From a virus: a stretch of 16,785 nt of DNA. The DNA is taken from UHGV virus genome UHGV-0061980; one strand, written 5' to 3'. Shown here in pieces: positions 1 through 7,578 of this stretch (position 1 is the first letter of the stretch; each line of letters opens with the position of its first letter). A program made the position numbers and the translations under genes. The notes under the pieces were generated by a model. It did not search any database, was not told where the DNA came from, and saw only the letters and a list, made by a program, of their open reading frames with translations.

Positions 1-159
1 GCAAGTTTGCGAGGGTGATCGGAGTAATCAGTGAATAGCTCACCACCTACAATGACGTCATAACCATGATTTCTGGTTTTCTGACGTCCGTTATCTGTTC
101 CCTCTGACCACGCCAGCATATCGAGGAACGCCTTACGTTGATTATTGATTTCCACCATC
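1..159 (-). CDS. R: Endolysin R (lambda-type transglycosylase), N-terminal part only; gene continues beyond the window edge
   Basis: Reverse-complement translation from the ATG at 159 reads [52 protein letters not shown], which matches the lambda R N-terminus as I recall it. The start overlaps the S stop, as in lambda. Confidence 0.9.
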
Positions 160-465
160 TTCTACTCCGGCTTTTTTAGCAGCGAAGCGTTTGATAAGCG
201 AACCAATCGAGTCAGTACCGATATAGCCGATGAACACGCTCGTTATATAAGCGAGGTTGCTACTTAGTCCGGCGAAGTCGAGAAGGTCACGAATGAACCA
301 GGCGATGATGGCGCACATCGTTGCGTCGATTACTGTTTTTGTAAACGCACCGCCATTATATCTGCCGCGAAGGTACGCCATTGCAAACGCAAGGATTGCC
401 CCGATGCCTTGTTCCTTTGCCGCGAGAATGGCGGCTAACAGGTCATGTTTTTCTGGCATCTTCAT
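142..465 (-). CDS. S: Holin S (lambda S105/S107 type), 107 aa
   Basis: Translation [39 protein letters not shown]... matches lambda S from memory, including the Met1-Lys2-Met3 dual-start motif. Sits immediately upstream of R. Confidence 0.95.
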   Translation of the reverse strand: MKMPEKHDLLAAILAAKEQGIGAILAFAMAYLRGRYNGGAFTKTVIDATMCAIIAWFIRDLLDFAGLSSNLAYITSVFIGYIGTDSIGSLIKRFAAKKAGVEDGGNQ

Positions 466-763
466 GTCTTACCCCCAATAAGGGGATTTGCTCTATTTAA
501 TTAGGAATAAGGTCGATTACTGATAGAACAAATCCAGGCTACTGTGTTTAGTAATCAGATTTGTTCGTGACCGATATGCACGGGCAAAACGGCAGGGGGG
601 TGTTAGCGCAACCTCTTGCCACCCGCTTTCACGAAGCCAGCCATTGCGCTGGTTTTCTTTTATGCAAAGCACACCGCACCGTAGCCACAGCGGATAAGGT
701 GATTATTTTTGTCTGTCTGGTATTTGGCTTGATGTGCTTTCAGAAAGGTCGTGATTAAAACGC

Positions 764-798
764 AAAAAGCCCCGAGCTATTAACTCAGGGCTTTATTT
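764..798. terminator. Intrinsic terminator between Q and S (tR'-like); the hairpin is flanked by A-run and T-run, so it could act in both directions
   Basis: Stem GCCCCGAG (769-776) pairs with CTCAGGGC (784-791) with one G-U wobble and a 7-nt loop, followed by TTTATTT on the plus strand and preceded by AAAAA (a U-run on the minus-strand transcript). Confidence 0.6.
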
Positions 799-827
799 AA
801 CGAGTGCATTTATCCATCGTTAGGTCA

Positions 828-856
828 AATTTACCCAACTTTATTCAAAAAGTCAA
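828..856 (-). promoter_or_regulatory. Late promoter pR' (sigma70 -35 TTGACT, 17-bp spacer, -10 TAAATT) with the qut region just downstream of Q
   Basis: Minus strand reads TTGACT-N17-TAAATT (plus coordinates 851-856 and 828-833), about 45-70 bp after the Q stop. This resembles lambda pR' as I recall it. Confidence 0.6.
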
Positions 857-898
857 TATTATGCCGTTAATATGTTGCCATCCGTGGCAATCATGCTG

Positions 899-1522
899 CT
901 AACGTGTGACCGCATTCAAGATATTGTCTGCAATTGACTCTTCCTTGTGGCATTGCACCACCAGAGCGTCATACAGCGGCTTAACAGTGCGTGACCAGGT
1001 GGGTTGAGTAAGGTTTGGGATTAGCATCGTTACAGCGCGATATGCGGCGCTTGCTGGCATCCTTGAATAGCCGACACCTTTGCATCTTCCGCATTCTTTC
1101 TCAACAACTCTCCCCCACTGCTCTGTTTTTGCTATATCAACCGCACGGCCTGTACCGTGACAATCTCTGCATCTTGCACCCGGCGTCGCGGCACTACGGC
1201 AATAATCCGCATAAGCGAATGTTGCGAGAACTTGCAGTACCTTTGCCTTAGTATTTCCTTCGAGCTTTGCCACACCACGGTATTTCCCCGATACCTTGTG
1301 TGCAAATTGCATCAGATAGTTGATAGCCTTTTGTTTGTCGTTCTGGCTGAGTTCGTGCTTACCACAGAATGCAGCCATTCCAAATCCGGCCTGTGATTGT
1401 GCCATCCCCATAGCAGCCATCACATCAGTACCGGAAAGAGAGTCAGAAGCCGTAGCCCGTGGTGAGTCGCTCATCATCGGGCTTTTTGGCGAATGAAATT
1501 TAGCTACGCTTTCGAGTCTCAT
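899..1522 (-). CDS. Q: Late-gene antiterminator Q (lambda-type), 207 aa
   Basis: The ORF translation MRLESVAKFHSPKSPMMSDSPRATASDS...CRDCHGTGRAVD... matches lambda Q over its full length from memory, including the zinc-binding Cys cluster. Confidence 0.95.
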   Translation of the reverse strand: MRLESVAKFHSPKSPMMSDSPRATASDSLSGTDVMAAMGMAQSQAGFGMAAFCGKHELSQNDKQKAINYLMQFAHKVSGKYRGVAKLEGNTKAKVLQVLATFAYADYCRSAATPGARCRDCHGTGRAVDIAKTEQWGRVVEKECGRCKGVGYSRMPASAAYRAVTMLIPNLTQPTWSRTVKPLYDALVVQCHKEESIADNILNAVTR

Positions 1523-1707
1523 GGTCTTCCCCTCTTGCCCTGTCTGACCATCAGGACGCCGTTAACTATTACGTGACGCTCACCTTTGCTGTCTCGGTTG
1601 TACTTGAGCACTGTTCCTCTTGCACAGGAAAGCATCCTCGCCACTTCGGTCTGACTGCCTCGTGTCTGGATAAGAAGCTCTGGTATCGTTTGAATTGTGG
1701 CGTTCAT
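1519..1707 (-). CDS. ninH: NinH-like small DNA-binding protein, 62 aa
   Basis: The core GSQTEVARMLSCARGTVLKY...HVIVNGVLMV resembles lambda NinH (...NQTEVARRLKCSRGTVRKY...AIVNDVLMV). ATGA start/stop overlaps with both neighbours; position immediately upstream of Q. Confidence 0.6.
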   Translation of the reverse strand: MNATIQTIPELLIQTRGSQTEVARMLSCARGTVLKYNRDSKGERHVIVNGVLMVRQGKRGRP

Positions 1708-2066
1708 GCGCTCTCCAGTTCGGTGATTTTTATTCCAAGCCGTCCGCCTGGTACTTTCACACCACGAATTACGCGAATGTCATCGAATTGCTCGTCGTCT
1801 TCCGCAAATCCGGCGTGGATAAGGGAATCGAGTAAACCTTTCAGGATGTTATCGAGGTCGCGGCGGCGGGAGTCTGGAACGTCTGCGATTACTTTGATGC
1901 GGAGTCGTGATTTGGTGAAAATGTCTAACTTGAGTTGGCGGATGATTTGCTGAACGTCTTTTCGGTATTTCTGGCCTTTATCGCTGATGTAGTATTGGCT
2001 TCCCCGTCTTCGCCAGTAGGTGTTCACCGACGGCGGGTATGGAAGCACAAACTGATATTCGTTCAT
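1704..2066 (-). CDS. rusA: RusA-family Holliday junction resolvase, 120 aa
   Basis: Length and motifs (PPSVNTYW...DRRRRDLDNILK...DDEQ...GGRLGIKITE) match RusA of DLP12/phage 82 type. Nin-region context. Confidence 0.85.
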   Translation of the reverse strand: MNEYQFVLPYPPSVNTYWRRRGSQYYISDKGQKYRKDVQQIIRQLKLDIFTKSRLRIKVIADVPDSRRRDLDNILKGLLDSLIHAGFAEDDEQFDDIRVIRGVKVPGGRLGIKITELESA

Positions 2067-2353
2067 GGCTTAATCTTCCCCTCCTTCAGCAGTATCGCCT
2101 GCGTCCTGATTACGCCTTCGAGGTGGCAAAGTCTGGCGTCTTTGTTGTCGAGGTTATGGGTGCGTCGGTCGATTTCATCGTGACACGCGCTACAAGCCCA
2201 TGCGCCGATCAGGTCGTCAGGCTTCATTCCCGTTCCGCAAATTCCAGCCATCCTGTAATGTGCCAGAACTGTAGTTTCAGGATTACCATTGCATACGCCG
2301 TAAATACGTACCTGGCATTCTCTGCCGCGTGCTTCTTTGCGTAGATTAGCCAT
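2063..2353 (-). CDS. ybcO: YbcO-like (DUF1364) protein, 96 aa, Cys/His-rich putative nuclease
   Basis: RGRECQVRIYGVCNGNPETTVLAH...CGTGMKPDDLIGAWACSACHDEIDRRTH closely follows E. coli DLP12 YbcO as I recall it. ATGA coupling to rusA. Confidence 0.75.
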   Translation of the reverse strand: MANLRKEARGRECQVRIYGVCNGNPETTVLAHYRMAGICGTGMKPDDLIGAWACSACHDEIDRRTHNLDNKDARLCHLEGVIRTQAILLKEGKIKP

Positions 2354-2558
2354 TTACCTTCCCTCGCAATTGAAGAATTGACTGAAGGTCTTTTTTAATA
2401 AATATGCGAGTGCGAATTGAGCAGTAGTTTTCCTTCATTCTGGCGTAGTAATAGTCTTTTCTTTGCTTAAGCTTGTTGGCATCCGCTGTCATCCAGTCTT
2501 TTACAGCAAACTTAATTAACCAGCGGTGGCAGAGATACCATTTCAGGTAATCATTCAT
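2346..2558 (-). CDS. Hypothetical nin-region protein, 70 aa
   Basis: Open reading frame with an ATGA start overlap on the NinF stop and a stop overlapping the ybcO start. No family recognised. Confidence 0.4.
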   Translation of the reverse strand: MNDYLKWYLCHRWLIKFAVKDWMTADANKLKQRKDYYYARMKENYCSIRTRIFIKKDLQSILQLRGKVNG

Positions 2559-2727
2559 CGTCTTCTTCCTCGTACATTGAACTATTCGGATCGCTCATCA
2601 GTTCTGCGCAGCAGTGCTCACACACGTGAACTTCCAGCACATGCAGCTTCTGACCGCAGTTAGCGCACGTTAAAGCTCGCTCGACGCTTTCTTTCTGGTA
2701 TTGAAGGGATTGGGATTGGCTAAGCAT
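2551..2727 (-). CDS. ninF: NinF, 58 aa (below the ORF-track size cutoff, found by manual translation)
   Basis: Manual reverse-complement translation gives [58 protein letters not shown], which matches lambda NinF from memory. Confidence 0.7.
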   Translation of the reverse strand: MLSQSQSLQYQKESVERALTCANCGQKLHVLEVHVCEHCCAELMSDPNSSMYEEEDDE

Positions 2728-3085
2728 TATTAGCGACCTGCATCATGAGAAAGACAATCATGGCAGCGCGGAGTGGGTTTTCATCTTGAGTCATATGATA
2801 TGGGGTACTATCACTGCCAACTTTTCTATGCGCTGCCTTCCATAATCCATTTTCTGGCGCTGGAATAATGCCAATTCTGTTCTCTACGATAATCGGCTCT
2901 GCGTCTGACGGGCTTTTACAGTAATCAACCGTTTTTATTGCATAACCAGTTTCGTCATCCCACTCAACACCAACGATTGATGTTCCCAACTTTGCGATTT
3001 CGCAATCTTCGGGAGCAAATCCACAGCAAATTGCCACTCGCTTGTTAATTTCAAAATCACTTAACTGTGAATAATCCATTGTCAT
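2720..3085 (-). CDS. NinX-like (DUF2591-type) nin-region protein, about 121 aa, start placed at the internal Met (MTMDYSQL...)
   Basis: The ATG at 3085 forms an ATGA overlap with the NinE stop; the longer ORF extension would overlap NinE. Family assignment is from memory of lambdoid nin regions and is uncertain. Confidence 0.45.
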   Translation of the reverse strand: MTMDYSQLSDFEINKRVAICCGFAPEDCEIAKLGTSIVGVEWDDETGYAIKTVDYCKSPSDAEPIIVENRIGIIPAPENGLWKAAHRKVGSDSTPYHMTQDENPLRAAMIVFLMMQVANNA

Positions 3086-3258
3086 TTCCTCGCACGATAT
3101 CTTAGCCACCGGATATCCCACAGGTGGGCTGTGTAATTGAAGGTTTTTACGTCAGATTCTTTTGGGATTAGCTTGCGTTTATTTCTGGAGCGTTTCGTTG
3201 GAAGGTATTTGCAGTTTTCGCAGATTATGTCGGTGAAACTTCGTCGCTGTCGCCTCAT
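3082..3258 (-). CDS. ninE: NinE, 58 aa
   Basis: [58 protein letters not shown] matches lambda NinE as recalled. The ATG at 3258 overlaps the methyltransferase stop. Confidence 0.75.
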   Translation of the reverse strand: MRRQRRSFTDIICENCKYLPTKRSRNKRKLIPKESDVKTFNYTAHLWDIRWLRYRARK

Positions 3259-3782
3259 GCCGCCCTCCTGACGCCCTGCCCGATCGCCATCAATGCCGCT
3301 TTGGATACGGTAGTAAACATCCGTCGAGGACTGATGAACGGTCGCCAAATCAGCAGCATGGAGCCTTTGCTGTTTCCCTTCTTCTCCAGCCCTGTCGATG
3401 GTTCGATAAAATTAATCCGTCCATCAGTGATAATACGAACTTCGTCAACACTCTCCAGAGCCTTGCTGAACCATCCGACTGACATATCCTCTGGCACAAG
3501 CATAACTACCGTCTGTCGCTGTTGTATGCACTGCTCAGCGGCTTTTTCCACCCACGGCCTGATATTGCTGTACGGTGGGTTATTCCAGATTGCACCGTGG
3601 CTTACCCACTCAGAATTGAGCGCGTCGTCGGCCTCAGTTAGCCAGTGAGCACACAGAGCATTTTTGTCGCTCGCTGCCGAATCCAGCCAGAATCCAAACT
3701 CAATATCCAGTGCATCAAAAAGCCAAAGCGGCGTTTGCCAGCAGTCCTTGTCGTGTGCTGGCGTATTTGATTTGATAGTCAT
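3255..3782 (-). CDS. Phage Dam-like DNA N6-adenine methyltransferase, about 175 aa
   Basis: Catalytic NPPY motif ([14 protein letters not shown]) and a [15 protein letters not shown]-terminal region typical of the phage Dam family. Start at the internal Met ([13 protein letters not shown]), which is ATGA-coupled to the ninB stop. Confidence 0.75.
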   Translation of the reverse strand: MTIKSNTPAHDKDCWQTPLWLFDALDIEFGFWLDSAASDKNALCAHWLTEADDALNSEWVSHGAIWNNPPYSNIRPWVEKAAEQCIQQRQTVVMLVPEDMSVGWFSKALESVDEVRIITDGRINFIEPSTGLEKKGNSKGSMLLIWRPFISPRRMFTTVSKAALMAIGQGVRRAA

Positions 3783-4219
3783 GCAGCCCGATCTCCCCAT
3801 CTCGCTTTCCACTCCAGAGCCAGTCTCGCTTCGTCTGACCACTTAACGCCACGCTCTGTACCGAATGCCTGTATAAGCTCTAATAGCTCCGCAAATTCGC
3901 CTACACGCATCCTGCTGGTTGACTGGCCTATTACCACAAAGCCATTCCCGGCAAGGTTAGGAACAACATCCTGCTGCTTTAATGCTGCGGTAAACACACA
4001 CTTCCAGCTTTCTGCATCCAGCCAGCGACCATGCCATTCAACCTGACGAGAGACGTCACCTAAGCAGGCCCATAGCTTCCTGTTTTGGTCTAAGCTGCGG
4101 TTGCGTTCCTGAATGGTTACTACGATTGGTTTGGTTGGGTCTGGAAGGATTTGCTGTACTGCGTGAATAGCGTTTTGCTGATGTGCTGGAGATCGAATTT
4201 CAAAGGTTAGTTTTTTCAT
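3779..4219 (-). CDS. ninB: NinB recombination protein (lambda Orf146 type), 146 aa
   Basis: MKKLTFEIRSPAHQQNAIHAVQQILPDPTKPIVVTIQERNRSLDQNRKLWACLGD... matches lambda NinB from memory. Start taken at MKKL, 6 codons inside the listed ORF. Confidence 0.9.
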   Translation of the reverse strand: MKKLTFEIRSPAHQQNAIHAVQQILPDPTKPIVVTIQERNRSLDQNRKLWACLGDVSRQVEWHGRWLDAESWKCVFTAALKQQDVVPNLAGNGFVVIGQSTSRMRVGEFAELLELIQAFGTERGVKWSDEARLALEWKARWGDRAA

Positions 4220-4232
4220 GACTTCCCTCTCC

Positions 4233-4267
4233 CCCAAATAAAAAGGCCTGCGATTACCTGCAGGCCT
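4233..4267 (-). terminator. Intrinsic terminator between the helicase gene and ninB (tR2-like, expected to be read through under N antitermination)
   Basis: Perfect 8-bp stem AGGCCTGC/GCAGGCCT with an 8-nt loop, followed on the minus-strand transcript by UUUUAUUU. Confidence 0.6.
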
Positions 4268-4292
4268 GTTATTAGCTCAGTGATGTAGATGG

Positions 4293-5669
4293 TCATACGT
4301 CAGCCCCTTGTGCATATCGTCTGCCACGCGCAGCAGGTGCATTTGATGCTGTGCAAATCTGTCTGGCTTCATCCTGGTCACATGCAACAAAGTGTCCGTT
4401 ACAGAACCGCTGGTAAACCGTACCAAGCGAGCCAAAACGGTTTTTCGTCACGATGATTTCAGCAAATGGCGCGGCGCTACTGCTCTCGTCATATACCGCT
4501 TCCCGATAGAGCATGATGATTGAGTCTGCGTCCTGTTCAATGCTTCCTGAATCACGCAAATCTGCGTTTGTCGGGCGTTTGTTTGGTCGCTTCTCAACAT
4601 CGCGCGAAAGTTGACTTAGGGAGATAACAGGCGTTTTCAGGTCTTTCGCCATCGCCTTCAGGCTTCCGGAGATGTGAGCAATTGCGAGGTCGTTGCGGTC
4701 TGCTTTCGGCTTCTCAATCAGGCCAAGATAATCCGCCATGATGAGTGACAGGTTTGGATTTTCCTGTTTGTGCCGTTCTGCGATTGATCGTATTTCTTCG
4801 ACCGATAACCGCGAGGCATCGACTACCCATACATCCAAATCTGCAAGCTGACTCATGCCGTTAGCAACACGTGCCCAGCCTTCGTCATCCATCGCTGCAG
4901 GATTTCGCAGCACACTAACCGACATCCTCCCGGCGTTGGCAATGCTTCGCTCTGCAATCTGCAATGCGCTCATTTCCATTGAGAAAATCAATACTCCGCG
5001 CCGGACGTCAGAACCAGGAATAACACGACTTGCAACGCCTTCGGCAATCTTCAGCGCCAGTTCGGTTTTCCCCATACCAGGACGAGCGGCGATTATCACC
5101 AGGTCTTCCGCGTTCATCCCTCCGGTGATGGCGTCAAGTTCTTCGATTCCGGTCTTCAGGGTATCGGACTCTTCTCCGTTCCTCAGACGCCTGTCAAGCG
5201 TGTCAGTGTAGTCAGTTATGATTTCCCCTAACCGTACAGGTTTAACCTCGTCACGGGGCTTTCTGATGGCTGAAAGACGCTTTACAAGTTCATCCATCGC
5301 CTGACTCGATGCGTCGATGGTTCCGCTCTGAATTGGTTCACGCATTTCATCCATGATTTCCAGCACCAGACGGCGGTGATAGTTATCCGCGACCATTCCG
5401 GCATATCCCTTCAGGTTTGCGGAACTCGGGCAGTTTTTGCTGGTCATCAGGATTGACGTGAAATGCTCCTCTCCGCACGCCTCGGCAACCATCAGCGCGT
5501 CGATTAGGTTTCTGTTTCGCGCCTGCTTGCGGATAACCTCGAAGGCTTTCCGGTAGAGCGGTATTGAAAACGCTTCCGGCTCAAGCGTTGCCAGAACGTC
5601 ACTGGCAATTGGTGTTAATCCACCAATCAGCAGGCCACCGATAACGCTCGCTTCGATATCCTGTTTCAT
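4293..5669 (-). CDS. DnaB-family replicative helicase (P22 gene 12-like, occupying the lambda P position), 458 aa
   Basis: Walker [10 protein letters not shown], a DnaB-like N-terminal domain and a C-terminal RecA-like core ([18 protein letters not shown]). ATGA overlap with the upstream O-like gene. Confidence 0.9.
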   Translation of the reverse strand: MKQDIEASVIGGLLIGGLTPIASDVLATLEPEAFSIPLYRKAFEVIRKQARNRNLIDALMVAEACGEEHFTSILMTSKNCPSSANLKGYAGMVADNYHRRLVLEIMDEMREPIQSGTIDASSQAMDELVKRLSAIRKPRDEVKPVRLGEIITDYTDTLDRRLRNGEESDTLKTGIEELDAITGGMNAEDLVIIAARPGMGKTELALKIAEGVASRVIPGSDVRRGVLIFSMEMSALQIAERSIANAGRMSVSVLRNPAAMDDEGWARVANGMSQLADLDVWVVDASRLSVEEIRSIAERHKQENPNLSLIMADYLGLIEKPKADRNDLAIAHISGSLKAMAKDLKTPVISLSQLSRDVEKRPNKRPTNADLRDSGSIEQDADSIIMLYREAVYDESSSAAPFAEIIVTKNRFGSLGTVYQRFCNGHFVACDQDEARQICTASNAPAARGRRYAQGADV

Positions 5670-6613
5670 GCAATCCCCCTGTCTGCAAACTTCCCTTCCC
5701 GAACTCCCGTTAACGAATCTTCCCTCAGCAGGTAATCAAAATCTGCCGTCCAGCCCGTGTCGTTGTCTCCGAAGTAAAACGGCTTGGCCTGATGCACAAA
5801 CGCCCTGACATACGCTCTGAAACCGTCCACGTTTGGCGTTTTCAGTTGCGGGATGATTTTCTTCAGGCGGCGTTTGCGTTTCTCGTTGACCGCAACAGCG
5901 TGTGGAAGCCTGTCACCGACTTCGGTGTTGTAGGCGTTCAGGAAGGATTCGTAGTCGATTCGTTCTGCCTTGCGACGTTCAGGTTTAACCTGCCCATCGC
6001 CTCCCCCATTGGGGGGTAGGGGGGTATTATTTATATTCTTGTTAATACCTTCTTGTTCATGATGTGCGGTTGTTTGTGCGGCTTCATGTGCGCTTTCATG
6101 TGCGGCATGTACGCTGAAAGCCGCGCCATTACTGGCTTCATCATGTGCGGCATCATGTGCGGTTGTTTGTGCGGCTTCATGTGCGGGGGAATTGTCCATT
6201 TTTTGAGCGTATTCATGGTAATTTGTGATGGTGATCACACGACCTTTTTGCTTCTCTCCATCAATGGAGATCATCCCCTCTTTCACAAAAACCTGAAGCA
6301 TCCGCTCAACCTGATCACGGCTTGCCGGCTTGCCATGCCTGTCGCATAACTGAAGACCTAAATCAGCTGCTGTCACAACCAGTTGACCGGGTTGCAGATG
6401 CCATTCATGACCTTTGAAATTCGCTTTGTATGGCTTTCTGGCGGCATTCAGGAGAAGGTTTTCCCACAGGGTGCGAAGATAAACATCTTTCGCCCATGAC
6501 TGTTTCAGAATGCTCCGGTACAACGGAATGTAACCAGTTTTCTGGTTCTCCATCCTGTTGCTCCTGCGCTCGTGTGCGGCGCTGAAATCGTAGATTTTTG
6601 CTGTATTGCTCAT
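5666..6613 (-). CDS. Replication initiator, O-like / P22 gp18-like, about 315 aa, with the origin embedded in its central linker
   Basis: The N-terminus [10 protein letters not shown]... resembles the lambda O N-terminus (MTNTAKILNF). The central low-complexity His/Ala-rich linker is encoded by the iteron array. Position between cII and the helicase. Confidence 0.8.
   Translation of the reverse strand: MSNTAKIYDFSAAHERRSNRMENQKTGYIPLYRSILKQSWAKDVYLRTLWENLLLNAARKPYKANFKGHEWHLQPGQLVVTAADLGLQLCDRHGKPASRDQVERMLQVFVKEGMISIDGEKQKGRVITITNYHEYAQKMDNSPAHEAAQTTAHDAAHDEASNGAAFSVHAAHESAHEAAQTTAHHEQEGINKNINNTPLPPNGGGDGQVKPERRKAERIDYESFLNAYNTEVGDRLPHAVAVNEKRKRRLKKIIPQLKTPNVDGFRAYVRAFVHQAKPFYFGDNDTGWTADFDYLLREDSLTGVREGKFADRGIA
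6003..6200. repeat. Putative replication origin: array of about 8 CATGTGCG(G/C)-type iterons (roughly 6060-6196), including two ~33-bp direct repeats, next to an AT-rich tract (6025-6058) and a G/C-rich palindromic block (6003-6024)
   Basis: Repeats seen directly: TGTGCGG at about 6063, 6074, 6109, 6154, 6166, 6178 and 6190, plus TGTGCGC at about 6097. ATGTGCGGTTGTTTGTGCGGCTTCATGTGCG occurs twice. The layout (iterons then AT-rich tract in the direction of transcription) parallels ori-lambda inside O. Confidence 0.6.
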
Positions 6614-6615
6614 CA

Positions 6616-6888
6616 CTACCTGCCTTGACGAAAGACCTTAAGAACATCGTTAAACTGACTTACGGATATGTCTTCTTTGATCAGCTTTTCCAGAAATGCG
6701 TTTGGAATGAACGTATATCCCTCCTCTTTTGGTAGAGACGGGAGCAACGCCCTCGCCTCAGCCTTCAGAAGCTCAGTTCTGGCAACTTTCACAAAAGAGA
6801 TTTGAGTTCTTTCATCAATGGAACGAAGGAAGCGCAAACGCTTAGCTTCTTTGTGTGTATCAGGTGGATTAAAGCCTTTGTTTCGCAT
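6616..6888 (-). CDS. Hypothetical protein, 90 aa, inserted between cII and the O-like gene
   Basis: Internal ATG at 6888 is preceded by GAGGTAATTAT (a good SD); the longer ORF extension overlaps cII in another frame. Its stop overlaps the O-like start. No family recognised. Confidence 0.5.
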   Translation of the reverse strand: MRNKGFNPPDTHKEAKRLRFLRSIDERTQISFVKVARTELLKAEARALLPSLPKEEGYTFIPNAFLEKLIKEDISVSQFNDVLKVFRQGR

Positions 6889-6899
6889 ATAATTACCTC

Positions 6900-6964
6900 G
6901 TTGGATGTTATTAAAATTCCATTTGTATTTGATCAGAACGCTCGGTTGCCGCCGGGCGTTTTTT
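6900..6964 (+). ncRNA. oop: OOP-like antisense RNA, about 65 nt, complementary to the 3' end of cII
   Basis: Perfect -10 TATAAT at 6888-6893, transcript expected to start near 6900 (GTTGGATG..., like lambda OOP GUUGAUAG...). Terminator CGCTCGG/CCGGGCG (6939-6958, one G-U) followed by TTTTTT. The 3' half matches lambda OOP as recalled. Confidence 0.55.
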
Positions 6965-7204
6965 ATTGGTGAGAATCGAAGCAACTTGTCGTGCCAATCG
7001 AGCCATATCGTCGTCAACGACGCCCCATTCAAGAACAGCAAGCAGCATTGAGAACTTTGGAATCCAGTCCCTCTTCCACCTGCTGATCTGCGACTTATCA
7101 ACTCCCACAGCTTCCGCTGTCTTCTCAGTTCCAAGCATTGCGATTTTGTTAAGCAACGCACTCTCGATTCTTAGAGCCTCGTTGCGTTTGTTTGCACGAA
7201 CCAT
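6911..7204 (-). CDS. cII: Transcriptional activator CII (lambda-type), 97 aa
   Basis: MVRANKRNEALRIESALLNKIAMLGTEKTAEAVGVDKSQISRWKRDWIPKFSMLLAVLEWGVVDDD... is nearly identical to lambda CII from memory. Start at the ATG at 7204, not at the upstream ORF extension. Confidence 0.95.
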   Translation of the reverse strand: MVRANKRNEALRIESALLNKIAMLGTEKTAEAVGVDKSQISRWKRDWIPKFSMLLAVLEWGVVDDDMARLARQVASILTNKKRPAATERSDQIQMEF

Positions 7205-7262
7205 ATGTAAGTATTTCCTTAACAAATAAGAAGTTATGCGCATCAACTTATGCGCGTTGTAT

Positions 7263-7305
7263 TCCCGCATTTCGGCGGGAATGAGGACCATGACTGTTAA
7301 AGAGC
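7263..7305 (-). promoter_or_regulatory. nutR: boxA (GCTCTTTAACA) plus boxB hairpin (UCCCGC-CGAAAU-GCGGGA) on the rightward (minus-strand) transcript between cro and cII
   Basis: boxA-like element at 7295-7305 and a 6-bp stem hairpin at 7263-7280. The identical boxA and boxB sequences recur upstream of N (nutL). Confidence 0.6.
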
Positions 7306-7312
7306 AATTTGC

Positions 7313-7498
7313 TTATGCCGCTTTGCGGTAAGCGCTTTCTTGATACTTCAGGGCGCCAGCTGTAACGACTTCCAGTCGATAGGCGTCTTTCTCTGGGATG
7401 ACTTCCTTCCACTGAGAGACTGCTGCGTCGCTAATGCCTAACGCTTTAGCTACAGCACGCTGGGTTCCGAAGTGGTCGATAACATCTTTCTTGTACAT
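7313..7498 (-). CDS. cro: Cro (P22-type), 61 aa
   Basis: MYKKDVIDHFGTQRAVAKALGISDAAVSQWKEVIPEKDAYRLEVVTAGALKYQ... is nearly identical to P22 Cro as recalled. Divergent from the repressor gene across the operator region. Confidence 0.95.
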   Translation of the reverse strand: MYKKDVIDHFGTQRAVAKALGISDAAVSQWKEVIPEKDAYRLEVVTAGALKYQESAYRKAA

Positions 7499-7512
7499 AG
7501 ACTCGCTCCGAA

Positions 7513-7578
7513 ATTAAAGAACACTTAAATTATCCACTAAAGGAATCTTAAGTCAAGTTTATTTAAGATGTCTTAACT
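7513..7578. promoter_or_regulatory. Right operator region with three 18-bp P22-type operator palindromes (7513-7530, 7536-7553, 7561-7578), overlapping PR and PRM
   Basis: Sites ATTAAAGAACACTTAAAT, ACTAAAGGAATCTTAAGT and ATTTAAGATGTCTTAACT are imperfect palindromes built on the ATTTAAG/CTTAAAT half-site. PR on the minus strand: -35 TTGACT (7551-7556), -10 ATAATT (7528-7533). The c2 ATG directly abuts the third operator. Confidence 0.8.

Noticed and set aside
561-758. 65-aa plus-strand ORF between S and Q
   Set aside because: It lies in the late regulatory region (qut / pR' leader) on the strand opposite to late transcription, has no RBS and a random-looking composition, and ends at the terminator hairpin. 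Most likely non-coding.
4855-5211. 118-aa plus-strand ORF inside the helicase gene
   Set aside because: Antisense to a confidently identified DnaB-like helicase; the peptide is low-complexity (Ser/Pro/Ala-rich) with no start context.
6031-6349. Two ORFs (61 aa minus strand, 98 aa plus strand) with repetitive HMKPH / FMCG peptides, and a CRISPR-like appearance of the repeats
   Set aside because: They are translation artefacts of the iteron array inside the O-like gene. The repeats are short, irregularly spaced, lie inside a coding sequence and have no spacer-like unique inserts or leader, so this is not a CRISPR array.
7234-7259. Possible tR1 hairpin between nutR and cII (repeated TTATGCGC / palindromic ATGCGCAT)
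   Set aside because: The stem is short and is not followed by a clear U-run on the transcribed strand. Lambda tR1 is Rho-dependent, so a hairpin call is not well supported; left unannotated.
6911-7291. Long upstream extensions of listed ORFs (cII listed as 126 aa; also 6616-7161, 3255-3842, 3779-4237, 2720-3121, 3082-3348, 8796-9479)
   Set aside because: The true starts are internal Met codons with an SD and/or ATGA coupling to the upstream gene and matching known protein N-termini. The extensions would overlap neighbouring genes.
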